Assembly (NCBI GenBank): GCA_964199315.1
Contig: OZ116701.1
Location: forward strand, 3,844,001-3,908,000
Source: Orbicella franksi
Taxonomy: Eukaryota
DNA length: 64,000 bases
Direction: 5' to 3'
Within the stretch, counting starts at the first letter, position 1, and each line of letters opens with the position of its first letter. Position numbers and translations under genes: made by a program. Positions 24,901 through 36,410 of the stretch are shown here, piece after piece. Under the pieces are notes generated by a model that worked only from the letters and a program-made list of their open reading frames with translations, did not search any database and was not told where the DNA came from.

Positions 24901-27900
24901 CGACTGTCTTCCTTTTGCACACTCGCTCGACCCAGTGCTCCGCGGGTCCAAGAGATTGTGCACCATTACGAGGCTCTGCAGGTAACTCATCACCAGTCTT
25001 GCCCCAATATCGCTCAGCAAGTCGACAAGAGCCTGCAAGACGATTTGGATGAACAGGATGATCCTGTTAAGCTGGATAATCCGGTTAAACCGGCTCCGCT
25101 TAACAGGTCTCCGTCGTTAGATTATCTGCCTTCACGGCTACAAATGTTTCTCAGGTAACCAAATAAACTCTTAAATTATTTATGGGTTACTGAAAGTAAC
25201 TTAGCAGTAAAACTTTATAAAGTATTACAAAAGATACAGACAGACAAGCACTTTTGAGTTTCTGTGCACTATGAAGACTGTTGACTGTGAAATGTTTAAA
25301 ATAAAATTTTAGTCACGGATAAACAATTTAAGAAAGTCAAAGAGTCTCTGTAAAGTTTCATTCTAAAAGAAACTCGGTCAGTTTTTTTAACTGTCAACTT
25401 TTTCTTTCGTTTGTTTCAGAAGGTCCACTTACAGATAAATTCCAATAAAATGTACATTCATTTGACTTAAATAACAAATTTAAATGTCGTTAATGGAATT
25501 TTTCTAAGGAATAAATGAAGTTAAGAAATTTATCGTTTAATGTAGCCTCTGTTTAACTAAATTTGTCATATATACTTTTAAATTTTTGTCTTGCGGATTT
25601 GTTTGTTGCCACTTAAAACATATTTGTCTGTTTCCACGTTATGAAAATCAAAACTTGCAATCGTTACACGCTTCATAAGTAGAGTTACTTTTTAAATCGT
25701 GGACGTAAAGAATGCTTTGACTAAAGCAATTGACAATCGTTTCATTGCTCGCACCGTGATTAATTCACTCTAGAGCAAACTAAAAACATGCGTCCAGCTT
25801 TCATTGTTTTGCCAGCCAAAAAAAAAACCAGGTAACTGGTGGCTGGCGCAGCAGAATATGTAAGCTGTTACCGGCGTTATCTTGTTTTTCACCATAACAA
25901 AGTCTTGTCTTTCAACAGCTCGTTTCAGCTGTCTGCCGCCCAGCGGCCTAAAAGATTGTCTTTAACAGTAGAGGACCCCAAGGGCGAAGAAGTGGAGGTA
26001 CATATGAAGCTGTTGTCCGCTGTTGATCTTTTTCGCAAATGGTGGCCAGTTTCAAATTCTTTAGTATGCATTTAAATCAACCTCACTAAACTCGTTGGGG
26101 AGTAAAGATTATTTTTAATTGTCAAGTCAAAAACGGGTTAGAGTAGCTAGTTTTGATACAGTACCTACAAAAGAATTTATAATTGGAAACCATTTATGAA
26201 AAGGGTCTATAGTGGTAGATTTTTTGTGATATTTGCGAAAAATTATTTTGAACTGTGTTTGCTTTCGTAGCAATATTATATTAGACTAGTGATGTGTTGA
26301 GTTGATTGCGCATTTATTGTTGTTGATTTTTTTTTTTTGTATTTTAGGGCAAAGATAAAGCGGGAGAAAAGGAAAGAAAATCACGTAAGATGATAGAACG
26401 TTTTATTACCGTTTCCTTTTTAGAGTTCCACAAAAGGCATTCCCAATGTTTAAGTGATCAAAACCCCCTTCATTTCAAAACTTAAGAACAACGCCGCGCG
26501 AAGACAATGCTTCTTAAACACGTTATCTGCTATTACGAATCAGTAAAATTCACTGAATGGTGACAGCGTGATGTGCAAGTCTTGCAGCGTGTTTAAAGCC
26601 CCCACCCCCACCTTCCCCCGTCTTCACCTCCCGTGCGTCCCTGTTGGGGAGATGCGATAACCTTACGGGCCAAAAAACTTCAAATCTGAGGCTGTGGAAT
26701 CTTAAGTTTGTTGTTTTTGTTCAATGCGTAGCTTCCAGTGAAGATGAGGATGACGAAGTTATCAGCCCATCGGAAGACTTGTCAAAGCCTTTTGGCGAAG
26801 ACGAAAACAAGTCTGAGGGAGGGGAAGATGAGGAGCTGGTTGGTCGCTACTTTGAAAGCCTGGGTACCAGCTCTCCGACGCAGAAAGTGGACGAGCAGCC
26901 AGCCGAGCCGCCGCCCCTGGACACGGAAAAACTGATGCGAACCAGGCTGAGTATCTCAGCCAGGTTTTTGTCTCGATCGCATCAACCTGGACGGTATGCA
27001 AATATGTAGGCTACATCTTCGATGTGTTAAAACATTATTAATGTACTATAACTATTAAACAGAAAATACCTAATCAACATAGAGGAATGTTCTCGCCATA
27101 TGACCAAATTCAAAGTGCTAACAACACTGGAGCTATTTGTTTAGGATGTGTAAAAAATTACGTTCAAATAAATGTAAACGGTTGTTTTAGTGTGCTGAAG
27201 CCGAGGTACGCAACTTGAAGTCACCTTAACTAGACAACTGTAACAAAAAAAGTTAGGCTACGTTTTTCAAGGTAAAATAACCGCTTTGATAGAGAGGCTT
27301 TGGTCAACTCAGAAATGGGCTATTTCAAAATTACATGCTTTGGACCAGCCTTTTTTTTTTTTTAGGGTTGGCTCGATATCAACAAACCTGGATGAAGAAA
27401 AAGGCGACCATCGTGCAGATGATGTAAGTTTTCATCTTTTTTCTTTGCAATGTTCAGTGGTGTTTCAAACATTCCTTTAATAAAACATGCAACAAAGCAC
27501 TTCAACTATTTTTGTGACACTGCATAGACCCTTTTCATAAATGGCTGCCAATTATAAATTCTTTTGTAAGTATTAAAATTAGCCTGACTAACCTCGTTCT
27601 TGAGTTGATAATTCAAAAGAATTTTTACTCCCAAACGAGTTTAGTGAGGCTAATTTAAATACTTACAAAAGAATTTTAAATTGGCAGCCATTTATGAAAA
27701 GGGTCTATATTTGTACTTCATTTTGTTTTTAAGCACAGTGTGTATGGCAAATTATACAGTGGACTCTTGAATTTACAAATTTTTTGAGCCCTCGATTATT
27801 TGAATCTCGTGATTACTTGAAGCATTTTAGTCCCTTGGCAAAAGAAATTAAGGAGGAATTTTTTAACTTTCAGGTCTTTCAAATGCCAGGTTGGTTGAAT

Positions 27901-30900
27901 GTTCGGAGTTCTATCCTGTTTAAGACACTTAACTCGACAGGACAAACCAAAGAAACTCGTAAATAGATTAGTTACAGAAAAGCTTGCGTTCTGATTTGTT
28001 TAAAGTGTTGTTCGTTATGCCTTGTTTCAGACCAAACACGATCTTCAAAGGCGAAAGGAAGAAATGGCGCAAGCCGTAGAAGCCACTCGTAAGCGACTAG
28101 AAGCTGTAAGTACAACAGTCCTCTACTGACATGGCTTCATAACTGTCTCAATCATAATGCTCTCTGTTGTGTCTTGAAACAACTAAGAAGTCTCTACTTT
28201 CTTGCAAAGAAGCGAGCGAGAAAAAGAAATGGTCGCGAGAACATTGGGGTGAGAGGCGCCGGAGACCCGCCCAAAGGTTCCTTGTGGCCAGTTTTCCTCT
28301 TGGTTTAAAACGGTCATTGTAATAACCTTTATTTACCCTCAGCAGTGTTTATAGCACAAAGGCTATCGGGGCCGAGCAAAGAACTGAAACAAATATTTCA
28401 ATTTGAACATAACATTGTTGAGAATCCCAACTGGCCGGAGGCAAACCAGTTTGCCTATTTATAAGCGTGGCCGAAGATTTGAACTGGAGACTACCGTGAA
28501 ACAAATCCAGGTATTAATCAGAGCGGAACTCGAACCCGGGACCGCTGGATTGCGAGTCCGCCTCGCTGATCACTTGGCCACGTTGCCTTCATGCTGTGTT
28601 ATTAGTTGTTTCCTCGTTCCTCAGACGATGATCGAAAACAGGAAGCGTAGTGGCTCCATTAGTGATGACTACTTTTTTTTTTTTTTTTTTTTTTTTTTGC
28701 AGCTGGGATGGAAAGCTAAAGAAGACATTCTAAGGAAGATGCCAACCACCACCGTGGCATCTAACACCAACACCGTAACATCAACATCAATCACCACCAC
28801 TGTGTCGTCTTCCTCCACTACATCTGTCACTGTAACTTCTAAAACCTCCGTCTCGATTACACCCACTACTACTGTTACCGCCGCTTCTAAAGCCAGCATC
28901 GTCGCCACGTCTGTCTCGTCGACGCCTACTTCAGCTGTTACTGCAGCTTCCAAGACCAACACCGTCTCTACATCTGTTTCTTTTACCACACCCACTACAG
29001 CTGTTGCTGCCGCTTCTACTGCTGTTAAAGATGGAGACAGCACACCTGTATCAAGCTTAACAGACTCGAATAGCAAGCCAGCCGTCATAACTAACTTACT
29101 TGAGGTAAGGGAGGACGTGTTTAACGAACGCGACTCGAGAAACGTTTGAGACTGGACTGGAAAACTTTCATACTGATGACGTAACCCGACTGAGATCCGT
29201 GATTGGCTGATACTCCGTGCAAAGAAATAGCCAATAAGAGACGCTGCACGGATCTCTGTAGAGCTATGTCATCATATGTTACTTTTTACTGTCGACTTTG
29301 AGTCAGCAGACGTTTATTTAAATCACGGATTATCGACTGACATTCGTTGCAGTAACTGTTCTATACTGTTATCATCTCTTACAGACGCGATTAGCAGGCT
29401 TACAAGAGAATCATAAAGAGAAAGAACGCTCGGAGAAAAGAGAAATCCTTGAAGCTAAGAAAGAGAATGAAGCAAAAGATGATGACTCTGAGAAATCTAA
29501 GCGTTCTGCCTCGCATCTCATTGCGTTCTTTAGTCAGTCAAAGTCGTCCAAGAACAAAGAAAAAGAAAAAGAAAAAGAAAAAGAAAACGCGAAGGAAAAA
29601 GAAAAAACGAAAACTAAGGAAAAAGACAAAGAGAAAGGACGGGCCACACCTCCCCCGGGAAAGCAAACATCCGACGCAAAATCTGCCCCTGGGGGTAAAT
29701 TTGAACGTAGGGGTTCCGAGGGGAAATCGTGGCGGAAGTCTTTAGGGATTCTAGGTGGAAGTTCCAAACATGACAAAGAGGAGAAGCATAAGAGGTACTC
29801 TGATCCTCGAGCTTTCACACTTCAAGATGTGGTCACGAAAAATTCACAAACGACAACCACCAAGCATGAAGACAAGGACGAGAAATCGAAGAAGAAACAA
29901 GCCGAACAACGATCGTCTGCGCCAACTGCGGAATTAGTAACGACGAATTCCAATTCAGCACCAACAAAACATGGTGAAAGCTCATTAAAAACTGTGAAGG
30001 AAGAAAAAGAGAAAAAGCCGACCAAACCCACACAACCTGAGAGACGATCCTCCAATCCCACAGCGGAGCAAGCGCTGAAAAATTCTCAAACCCGCGTTAA
30101 AACCAACGAGACTTCCTCATCGACGAAAAATGTTCCTTTGAGAGAGAAAAAAGGGCGGGTGACCAATGAAGAGAGGCGAGAAAAATCGAGATCTTTAGGT
30201 GATATAGGTAACAGGCTTCACAATATTCAAGAAGTGTCTATTCTAGATCCTAGCGTGCCTCCATCGAGAACAGTCGATACCATGGACATTCCTGATCAAT
30301 TAACAACTGGAGAAAAGCGGCCCAAGTCAAGCGCTGGGCTTCTGGAAACAACTCCAACAAATAAACCATTAGAACGAAAACCTCGCGATGTCAATGGCAC
30401 GCTGAAGGATAATAGTCATCTTTCAAATGGGACCTCGAGTGATGTAGATCCATTCAAAAATACAAGCTTGGAAGCTGCTGCTCTGAACAATAATGACAAT
30501 TTAACCGAACTAAAACCAACTTTGGACAAAAAGCCAGTTCCTGGCTCAGCAGGGTCTGGTAACGAGGTAAGATCGGCTCAAGGCTCTACTCTCGAAAAGA
30601 AACCGAACACTAGGGGCCTGGGCTCCGACGTGGAGACGACCAACAAGACTACGTCACCCGTCAAAAACTCTCGGAGTGGGAATGGGTCGAGTTTCATGCC
30701 AGATCTCAGTGAACTTTCAGCTGAGTTGTCAGCGGCTATTGCGTCACCGCCACCTGAACCAATCAGACTGAGCATGTCTGAGGCGAACCTGTTGAGTGCC
30801 AGTCCTCCTCCTTCCGGTAGCAGACGGTCACCCATTGGTAAGGACCACGGTGAGAAATTCCTTGCTTTATTTTACAGTTTTTGATTTTTTGGTTGGTGTT

Positions 30901-32094
30901 TTGAAGTCTGGGATTTGGGCTCTTAGTAACAACCAATCAGAACAGCACATGATTTGGAGTGATGTCATCAGTGAGGGAGTTTTTCCGGTCTGATCTCAAA
31001 GTCTATTAAATAAGAGCCTGACTTTTTGTCGGGTAACAACGAAATCAGTGAAACCTTGTTTGTCTGCATCTAATTCTTTTTGTTGTTGTTGTTGTTGTTG
31101 TTGTTGGAAAATGCACTCAAGTGTTTTGACTGTGTACCCTTGCAGATAGTGCTAGCGCGACAGATATCGATCAAAGCACATGCCAGGAGACTCTGGAAAA
31201 CCTTGTTCAAGCTTTCCAAAAAGTCGTTGACCTCCAGTCCAGGGTAAGCCCTATAAAGTAATATGTAGCTGCCATAGCAACATAACATCGTGCTTGTTCA
31301 GCTCAGGTTGAGTAATGGTAGTTTTTAGAAAGTACTTACTCTTAAGTTTGAGAATCTTTTTTTTTCGGATGAATCTTCATCATCTTCAGTTTCAAATGAT
31401 GGTGGAACCGCTAGTTGGCGTATATAAATTACAAAGGTCTCAAATAATAATTACTAGCTTACAGCATCAGAATGAGTAAAATGTGTATTGTTCATATATG
31501 CGTAATAGGGATTTAATTTTGGATAAAAATAGGTGTTCGTAGGGGTGCAGAGCCACTTTATTTCCTTACTGAATTTCAGTTGGACCTAAGTGATGTGAAT
31601 CCAACAAGATTCCAGTAAAAGACTGAGAGTTTGAAATCATAAATGGGGGTTGAAATACCAGTTTAAAACGGGAGCAGATGATTCGAACAATTATAACTTT
31701 TTACGAAATCGTTAACAAAAGTTAATCTGCCTGCGTTCATTTGCAGATTCTGAATGACGAACCCTCGGACGAAAGCCATGAGGTGTTGTCGTACATTTCA
31801 AGCACATTTTCAGCCATAGAGGATCAAATACACGAGTCGCGCCTTCGACGGCGGCAGTGGGAACTTTCTTCTCTTCCCAGGGGTAAGCCCGGCTCAGGTT
31901 CCAGGCCTCTGGGCGGCGCGTTAAGTTTCTCCACTGGCAACTTGGACCAACTGTTACCTAAAGGGAATTCTTTGAGAAGAAATTCGGCGTTTTCTATATC
32001 GTCCATACCCGAGGATGTAGAAATACATGAAGTTTTACTGGAAAAATACTCGAACAGATTGTTAGAGATGGTCGCGCAAAAACTTAGTAAATGA
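3912..32094 (+). CDS. WDR62/MAPKBP1: WDR62/MAPKBP1-family WD40 scaffold protein, 46 coding exons, about 2,023 aa
   Basis: Phase-consistent GT-AG exons: 3912-4010, 4184-4275, 7055-7117, 7615-7672, 7909-8010, 8895-8972, 9410-9448, 9835-9936, 10485-10667, 11201-11271, 11579-11668, 12144-12219, 12649-12762, 13366-13468, 13624-13661, 13976-14042, 14365-14479, 14925-15016, 15399-15524, 15960-16033, 16719-16798, 17025-17063, 17247-17322, 17940-18051, 18478-18541, 18729-18768, 19003-19073, 19410-19510, 19639-19706, 19878-19967, 20603-20681, 20976-21040, 21190-21222, 21792-21866, 22096-22292, 24626-24694, 24936-25154, 25919-25997, 26348-26384, 26732-26993, 27366-27423, 28031-28105, 28703-29104, 29385-30837, 31146-31243, 31747-32094 (sum 6072 nt). 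Family motifs: [110 protein letters not shown]-terminal [13 protein letters not shown]. Some 3' low-complexity exons may be alternative. Confidence 0.9.
8390..8624 (-). mobile_element. tRNA-headed SINE, family B (further copies at about 8100-8265 +, 36230-36560 -, 40400-40620 +)
   Basis: Minus-strand head GGAGGTGCGGTGGCCTCACGGTTGGTGCACTTGCCTAGGATCGAGTAGTTCAGGTTCAAGCCCTGG with A/B-box-like motifs. The core CCACCCTGGTGTATAAATGGG is shared with the other copies. Confidence 0.7.
14660..14825. repeat. Palindromic dispersed repeat (GATTGG...CCAATC / CTGATGACGT family); copies at about 29140-29280, 30905-30990, 56085-56240
   Basis: Shared strings such as TTGGTTGTTAMTTGCGCGCGAAAATTCAAAAC, CACGGATYTCT, ACGTCATCAG and GAGACTGGAC/GTCCAGTCCCAGACGT occur in several introns and spacers. 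Confidence 0.65.
15085..15365. repeat. Dispersed repeat containing AAGCGCGGGAAA (related segments at about 18120-18320 and 24270-24340)
   Basis: Recurrent CCAATCAAA...AAGCGCGGGAAA strings; ends with GAAAACCGCTCTA. Confidence 0.55.
16235..16521 (+). mobile_element. Non-autonomous DNA-transposon repeat (CCGTCCACAC / GGAGRAATTTGAAAAC family), truncated
   Basis: Internally repeated GGAGGAATTTGAAAAC, an inverted copy GTTTTCAAATTCCTCC at the end, and extensive similarity to 58391-58758 in the opposite orientation. Confidence 0.7.
21506..21760 (+). mobile_element. tRNA-headed SINE, family A
   Basis: Head GGGGAGCAGGGATGAGGCAGTATTGAGAGCGCTCGCCTCCCAGCAATGTGGCCCGGGTTGGATTCCGG (A/B-box-like), core GGTTTTTCTCCGGTTTTCCTCC, AT-rich tail. 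Confidence 0.7.
22293..22968 (+). CDS. Candidate alternative terminal exon extension of WDR62/MAPKBP1 (read-through of exon-35 donor), ending in a hydrophobic tail
   Basis: The ORF 22120-22968 continues 225 codons past the AG|GTCAGA donor at 22292/22293 and ends [31 protein letters not shown] at 23010-23015. Confidence 0.55.
27524..27708. mobile_element. Hairpin MITE with about 80-bp inverted arms (ATAGACCCTTTTCATAAATGGCTGCCAATT...)
   Basis: Left arm from 27524 and right arm ending 27708 are near-perfect reverse complements. A degenerate partial copy lies at about 26090-26210. Confidence 0.85.
28320..28590 (-). mobile_element. tRNA-headed SINE, family C
   Basis: Minus-strand head GGCAACGTGGCCAAGTGATCAGCGAGGCGGACTCGCAATCCAGCGGTCCCGGGTTCGAGTTCC with A box TGGCCAAGTG and B box GGTTCGAGTTCC, followed by a non-tRNA body. 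Confidence 0.7.
31078..31104. repeat. (TTG)n microsatellite; also (AAAC)n at about 32136-32163
   Basis: Directly visible simple repeats in WDR62 intron 44 and the 3' region. Confidence 0.9.
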
Positions 32095-33571
32095 GTAGTC
32101 TCTACAGCAGCCTGAAATTCGTTTCTCTGTAAAAAAACAAACAAACAAACAAACAAACAAACAGCACAACGTAACAGTTGTCGTTTTGTCCTTCAAAATG
32201 GTTGTGAAAGTAGCTTCACTGGTTCATTTCGAGCTTAGTGTGAATTTGACTGTAGGTTACTTGTCTGTAAATGTAATATGCAGTCTTTTTTTGCTGACCA
32301 GTAGGGGCGTGGAGTTTCAAATCACTCGTTCTATAAAACATGTGAAAAGGTACGTCTTTCAAAGGTGGACGAGTTTTCGTGTCAAATTGTGTTATTTTTG
32401 AATTGATATTTTCTACGTTGATCTACGAATGTAAGAAATCGTTATGAGAGTAGATACTGAGTAACGGACTGATTAAATATGATACTTTATATTTAAAAGG
32501 GAAAAACTATCAAAAGTAGTTGTAAATAAACCCTATGAGGTGAAGTTTGACTTTATTGTTCTGTTTTTGTTGTATTTTCATGTCTTTTGGGCGGCTCGTG
32601 CCAGGTGCACTACGACTGTATAAGATATGATATAGCAAAATTAAAAAAGCTGCGGCCGGATGTCCAGAAAATTTTCTTCTCGCGGCTTCGTCGTTGGCTT
32701 CGTAAAAGTGTAGCAGCTCTCGTATGCTTGTAACTGTTTCGTTTGTTAGCAGCTGTTAGACAGCTGTTATTGTTTCGGGGCTAATGGCTTTGTTTCTGTT
32801 GTTTATTCTTTTGTCATCTTTAATAAAGGGTATCAAGCCATTCATGTGAGACCTGACAAGAGCTGTTACTCGACCCCTTCCCAATCTAACCAGGGCGGGT
32901 TCATTTACACGGCATATTGGCATTTCAGCGTCGTATTAAATCTACCAAGGAAGGAAAATGCGATAATTACGCAAGTGGGGGTTCAACCTGTTCTACTAGA
33001 CTGGAAATCCGAAGAGCAGGGAAAAGGAGCTAGCGTTGGAAGACCACACTCGAGAGACAGGCAGAAATCGAGCCTAAACACGGAATAAGAGCTTTTGTAA
33101 TTATTATTTCTTGGAGTGCATCCTCAGCTAAAAATGTGGTGTTTAGTCATGAACACCCTAAGTGAGTCCAGAATCCTTGATTTATACCCCTAAGCGAGAC
33201 GACGAGCATCCACGACCTTTTCATATAGGAGTCCCCCACCCCCCTCCCCCGGAAAGCAACCGTGAAATTTTAATTAAGCCGGCGAGTTTCGAAACCTCTC
33301 CGCTTCGAAACTGCGGTAATCACACTATTAATGCCAGAAGCTCCTGGTAATGCAGAAAAATGTGAAGTGGAAGAACTGTACCACCAGTTTGACGGACTAC
33401 AGCTTTCATCAACACTAGTTGGAGCCATGAAATAAGAAGAGTGAAATTATTTTTAAAGGATCAAGATTATTTCGGTGCGGCTAATGGGGCATTTCCGCAA
33501 CTGTCACCAACTTCCGGTTCAGGCCTTGCGCTTAGTCACGCTTCGTCACGCGATCTTTTCCCTCTTCCAAG

Positions 33572-34904
33572 ATGGCCGATGAAAGCAAGAAAAAACGTTT
33601 TCGAAACGAACCTCGTAGCACGTTATCCTGCTATGCTCTGCGACTAAAACCTGGACAAGAAGTGAGAAAATGTTTACTAAAGTACGTCAGGGACAAAAAC
33701 CTCGAGGCACCGTTCGTTCTTTCATGTGTAGGCAGTGTGACGCAAGCTACCCTGCGGCTGGCTAATGCAGCGAGAGATACTCCAAATGAGGTGAGAAACT
33801 GCATCCACCTGTCATGTCTAAGAGACTCCTGGTACCTCTGTCGTAAGTTTATCGGCTATTAAGTACAGGATGCAGGGCTACGTTTAATTTTCTAGCAAAG
33901 AATTGAAGTGGCTTGCTTGTTTAGACGCGCTTTAGACACGTGGCTCGCGCGCTCTCGGCGCGCTTCGCGCCCAAATTCCTTTTGTATTAATCTGTTCCCT
34001 TTCTAAACCTACTATGCAAGCTAGCTCGATTAGCTCATTTGTTCCACAATCTTCTACGGCTGGGAGAGATTTCCTTATATCCACATGCTCAATAGCCTGC
34101 GGTCTGGGGTCTCCCATGTAAAAAGGACAGGGTGCTTATTAGAAATTTTGAAAAATCCCCTAAGAGGTACCAAGATCCTGTTTTGTGGGCATGGCTTCAA
34201 GTATTTTTCACCCCTAAGGTGTACCAAGTCTAAAAGAACGTATGATCACCACTGTCCTGTCTTTTTTTTTTCATATCAATACTCTAAAAGGTACCACAGA
34301 AGCTCCAGCCGTGGACCTTTCGAGGCTGAACACTCTAACAGGTGCCAAACCTGCTTTTTAGCCCCTAAAAGGCATGATGAGCATCCCCCTCCTTTATTTA
34401 TGGGAGTCCCCCCTCTCAAGGAGAGGACTCATGCCAGCCTCATTTGTCTTGACTCTCCCAGGAGTGAGTGGTTGGTAAACTCGTCCTGCAACAGAACTAG
34501 GGGATGTGGCGTTGTTATAAGATGAAATTCTCAGAACTAACCAGAAGGAAATGTATGGGATACCTTGGGAGAATTAACTTTCAGATCTTGGGAGTGGAAG
34601 GGTTAAGTGCCATATTACCAATGCTTTCCATGCCTTTATCATTGGACATGTTGTTTCTATTTAGATAATGGAGGTCAAAGGCAGGCATGAGATTGTCTCA
34701 CTTGTTGGAACACTTGCAGACGAAGGGCACCTTCACGCTTCCCTTTCAGACAAGGACGGGCATGTGGTGGGTGGCCACGTTATGGGAAACATGGAAGTTT
34801 TTACTACTGCTGAGGTTGTTATTGGAAACTGTGATATGTTGTCATTTACCAGAGAAATGGATGACGTGACTGGTTTTGATGAGCTTGTCGTAACTGAGAA
34901 ATAG
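33572..34904 (+). CDS. Stand-alone PPC/DUF296-domain protein, 2 exons (33572-33790, 34665-34904), 152 aa
   Basis: Motifs YALRLKPGQE, VLSCVGSV..ATLRLA, GRHEIVSLVGTL, HLHASLSDKDGHVVGGHV, FTTAEVVIG, GFDELVV. Phase-0 intron GAG|GTGAGA...TTTAG|ATA. Confidence 0.9.
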
Positions 34905-35581
34905 TAAACTAAGTAGCCTGCTTAAGTTATGCTGATCACTTGAGCAACTGTAACAACTATCTTAGTCATTATATGTTTACATTCAAACATGTTAATTAAC
35001 GTTGTTTTAAATGAAGGACATTGTATTATTTTGCATATGGTTTGAAGGGCAGTCTTATTATGAAAACAGTTTTCTGTTCAGTTTTATATGTGACTGACCA
35101 AAAAACCTCTATATCCAAGAAAATCTAATTTTTCCAACTTAATTTCTCATACAATTTAGCATTCCCTTGAGGGTTTTTTAATCTTTTCTTTATCCATATT
35201 TTTCACTTTTATGATCATGATAGCTTAGCATTTATACCAAATTTAATGCAAGGTAATGGAAATGTGAGAAAATTTTGCCTCTTCTAACATTGTATTAATA
35301 GTAATTAATGTATTTTTTTTATATAAAATGTCATTTTTATAATTAAAGAGTTTGAAATTCAGTTTTCTTGTCAGCCAATGATCATGTAACTCAGCTATTC
35401 TCGTCTGAAAGTTTAAGTAAACTTTCCAATAAAAAAAGTTTCATTATTGAGTGCACAAAGGCGTATTAGAATGGTCCATGGAAAATAAGCAGATCAGTCT
35501 CAAAAAAATGGCATTGTGGTCTCGGAATCTCTGAATTGAAGCACATCTCAGAATCTTGAAATTATTTTAAGATTTTTTGTA

Positions 35582-35765
35582 CAGTGGAACCCTGTTAATA
35601 CGACCACCTTCAGGCCATGGAAAATTGGTCACATTAACAGGGTGGTCATATTAAAGGGATTCTTTAAATAAGAAAATGACTGACTGAGCTTTTTTCAGGT
35701 CAGATTAAAGTGGCCGTAATAACGTGGTTGCATTAACTGGGTGGTCGCAAGGCGGGGTTCCACTG
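35582..35765. mobile_element. Tc1/mariner-type MITE with TA duplication
   Basis: TA|CAGTGGAACCC ... GGGTTCCACTG|TA (TA at 35580-35581 and 35766-35767). Confidence 0.85.
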
Positions 35766-36325
35766 TAGTGAGATACAGGTTGATAAAATTCCAAATGATA
35801 ACACTATTAAAAAAGAATGCTAACAGATCTGTCAATCTGCACTACTGGAACTATCAGTATATATATTTGAATTAAAGAGAATTAAATTAGAATGAAAGAG
35901 AGTTAAGAATTAAAGAGGTACTAGTTTTGAAAAATTCTAACATATCAAACAGTAATGAAACTGTGACATGGAGGCTGATAAAACAAATAACAAATGGCAT
36001 GACTAGTGTTGAAATTCCAGAAACCAATCCCCTGACCTTTTGAAATTGCACCATGAAAAGGTTTTAAAATCAGACAGGGAACATGCACAACCTTCCTAAT
36101 GGGATCTCAGTGAAAAAAAAATGAGTTGTGTTTAACTTCTGCACCTATGTACCACAACAGGAGAGATTTATATCTCAAGTGCCCAGTATTTGGGACTGGG
36201 GGAATGGGCAGAACTGCAATACAAATTGGTCGTGGAAAGCTAGGCCACATTCGAGCTACTGCCCCAACAGGCCAACACTTAACTCCATTTTTCATAGAAT
36301 TAAACAACTGGGAGTATTCCTATCT

Positions 36326-36410
36326 CCCCTCCCCTCCCCTCCCCTCCCCTCCCCTCCCCTCCCCTCCCCTCCCCTCCCCTCCCCTCCCCTCCCCTCCCCT
36401 CCCCTCCCCC
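36326..36410. repeat. (CCCCT)16 microsatellite inside a SINE copy
   Basis: Sixteen perfect CCCCT units (36326-36405) followed by CCCCC. Confidence 0.98.

Noticed and set aside
28520-28590. tRNA gene (also considered at 21506-21575 and 8550-8624)
   Set aside because: A/B boxes are present but the cloverleaf stems are degenerate and each is followed by a SINE body; these are SINE heads.
28669-30061. Minus-strand ORFs rich in V/E/T or F/S
   Set aside because: Antisense shadows of low-complexity WDR62 exons 43-44 and a poly-T acceptor tract.
31070-31288. Minus-strand ORF with helical-looking protein (…[24 protein letters not shown]…)
   Set aside because: It is the antisense shadow of WDR62 exon 45 (31146-31243), which has correct splice sites and phase on the plus strand; its tail is a (TTG)n microsatellite.
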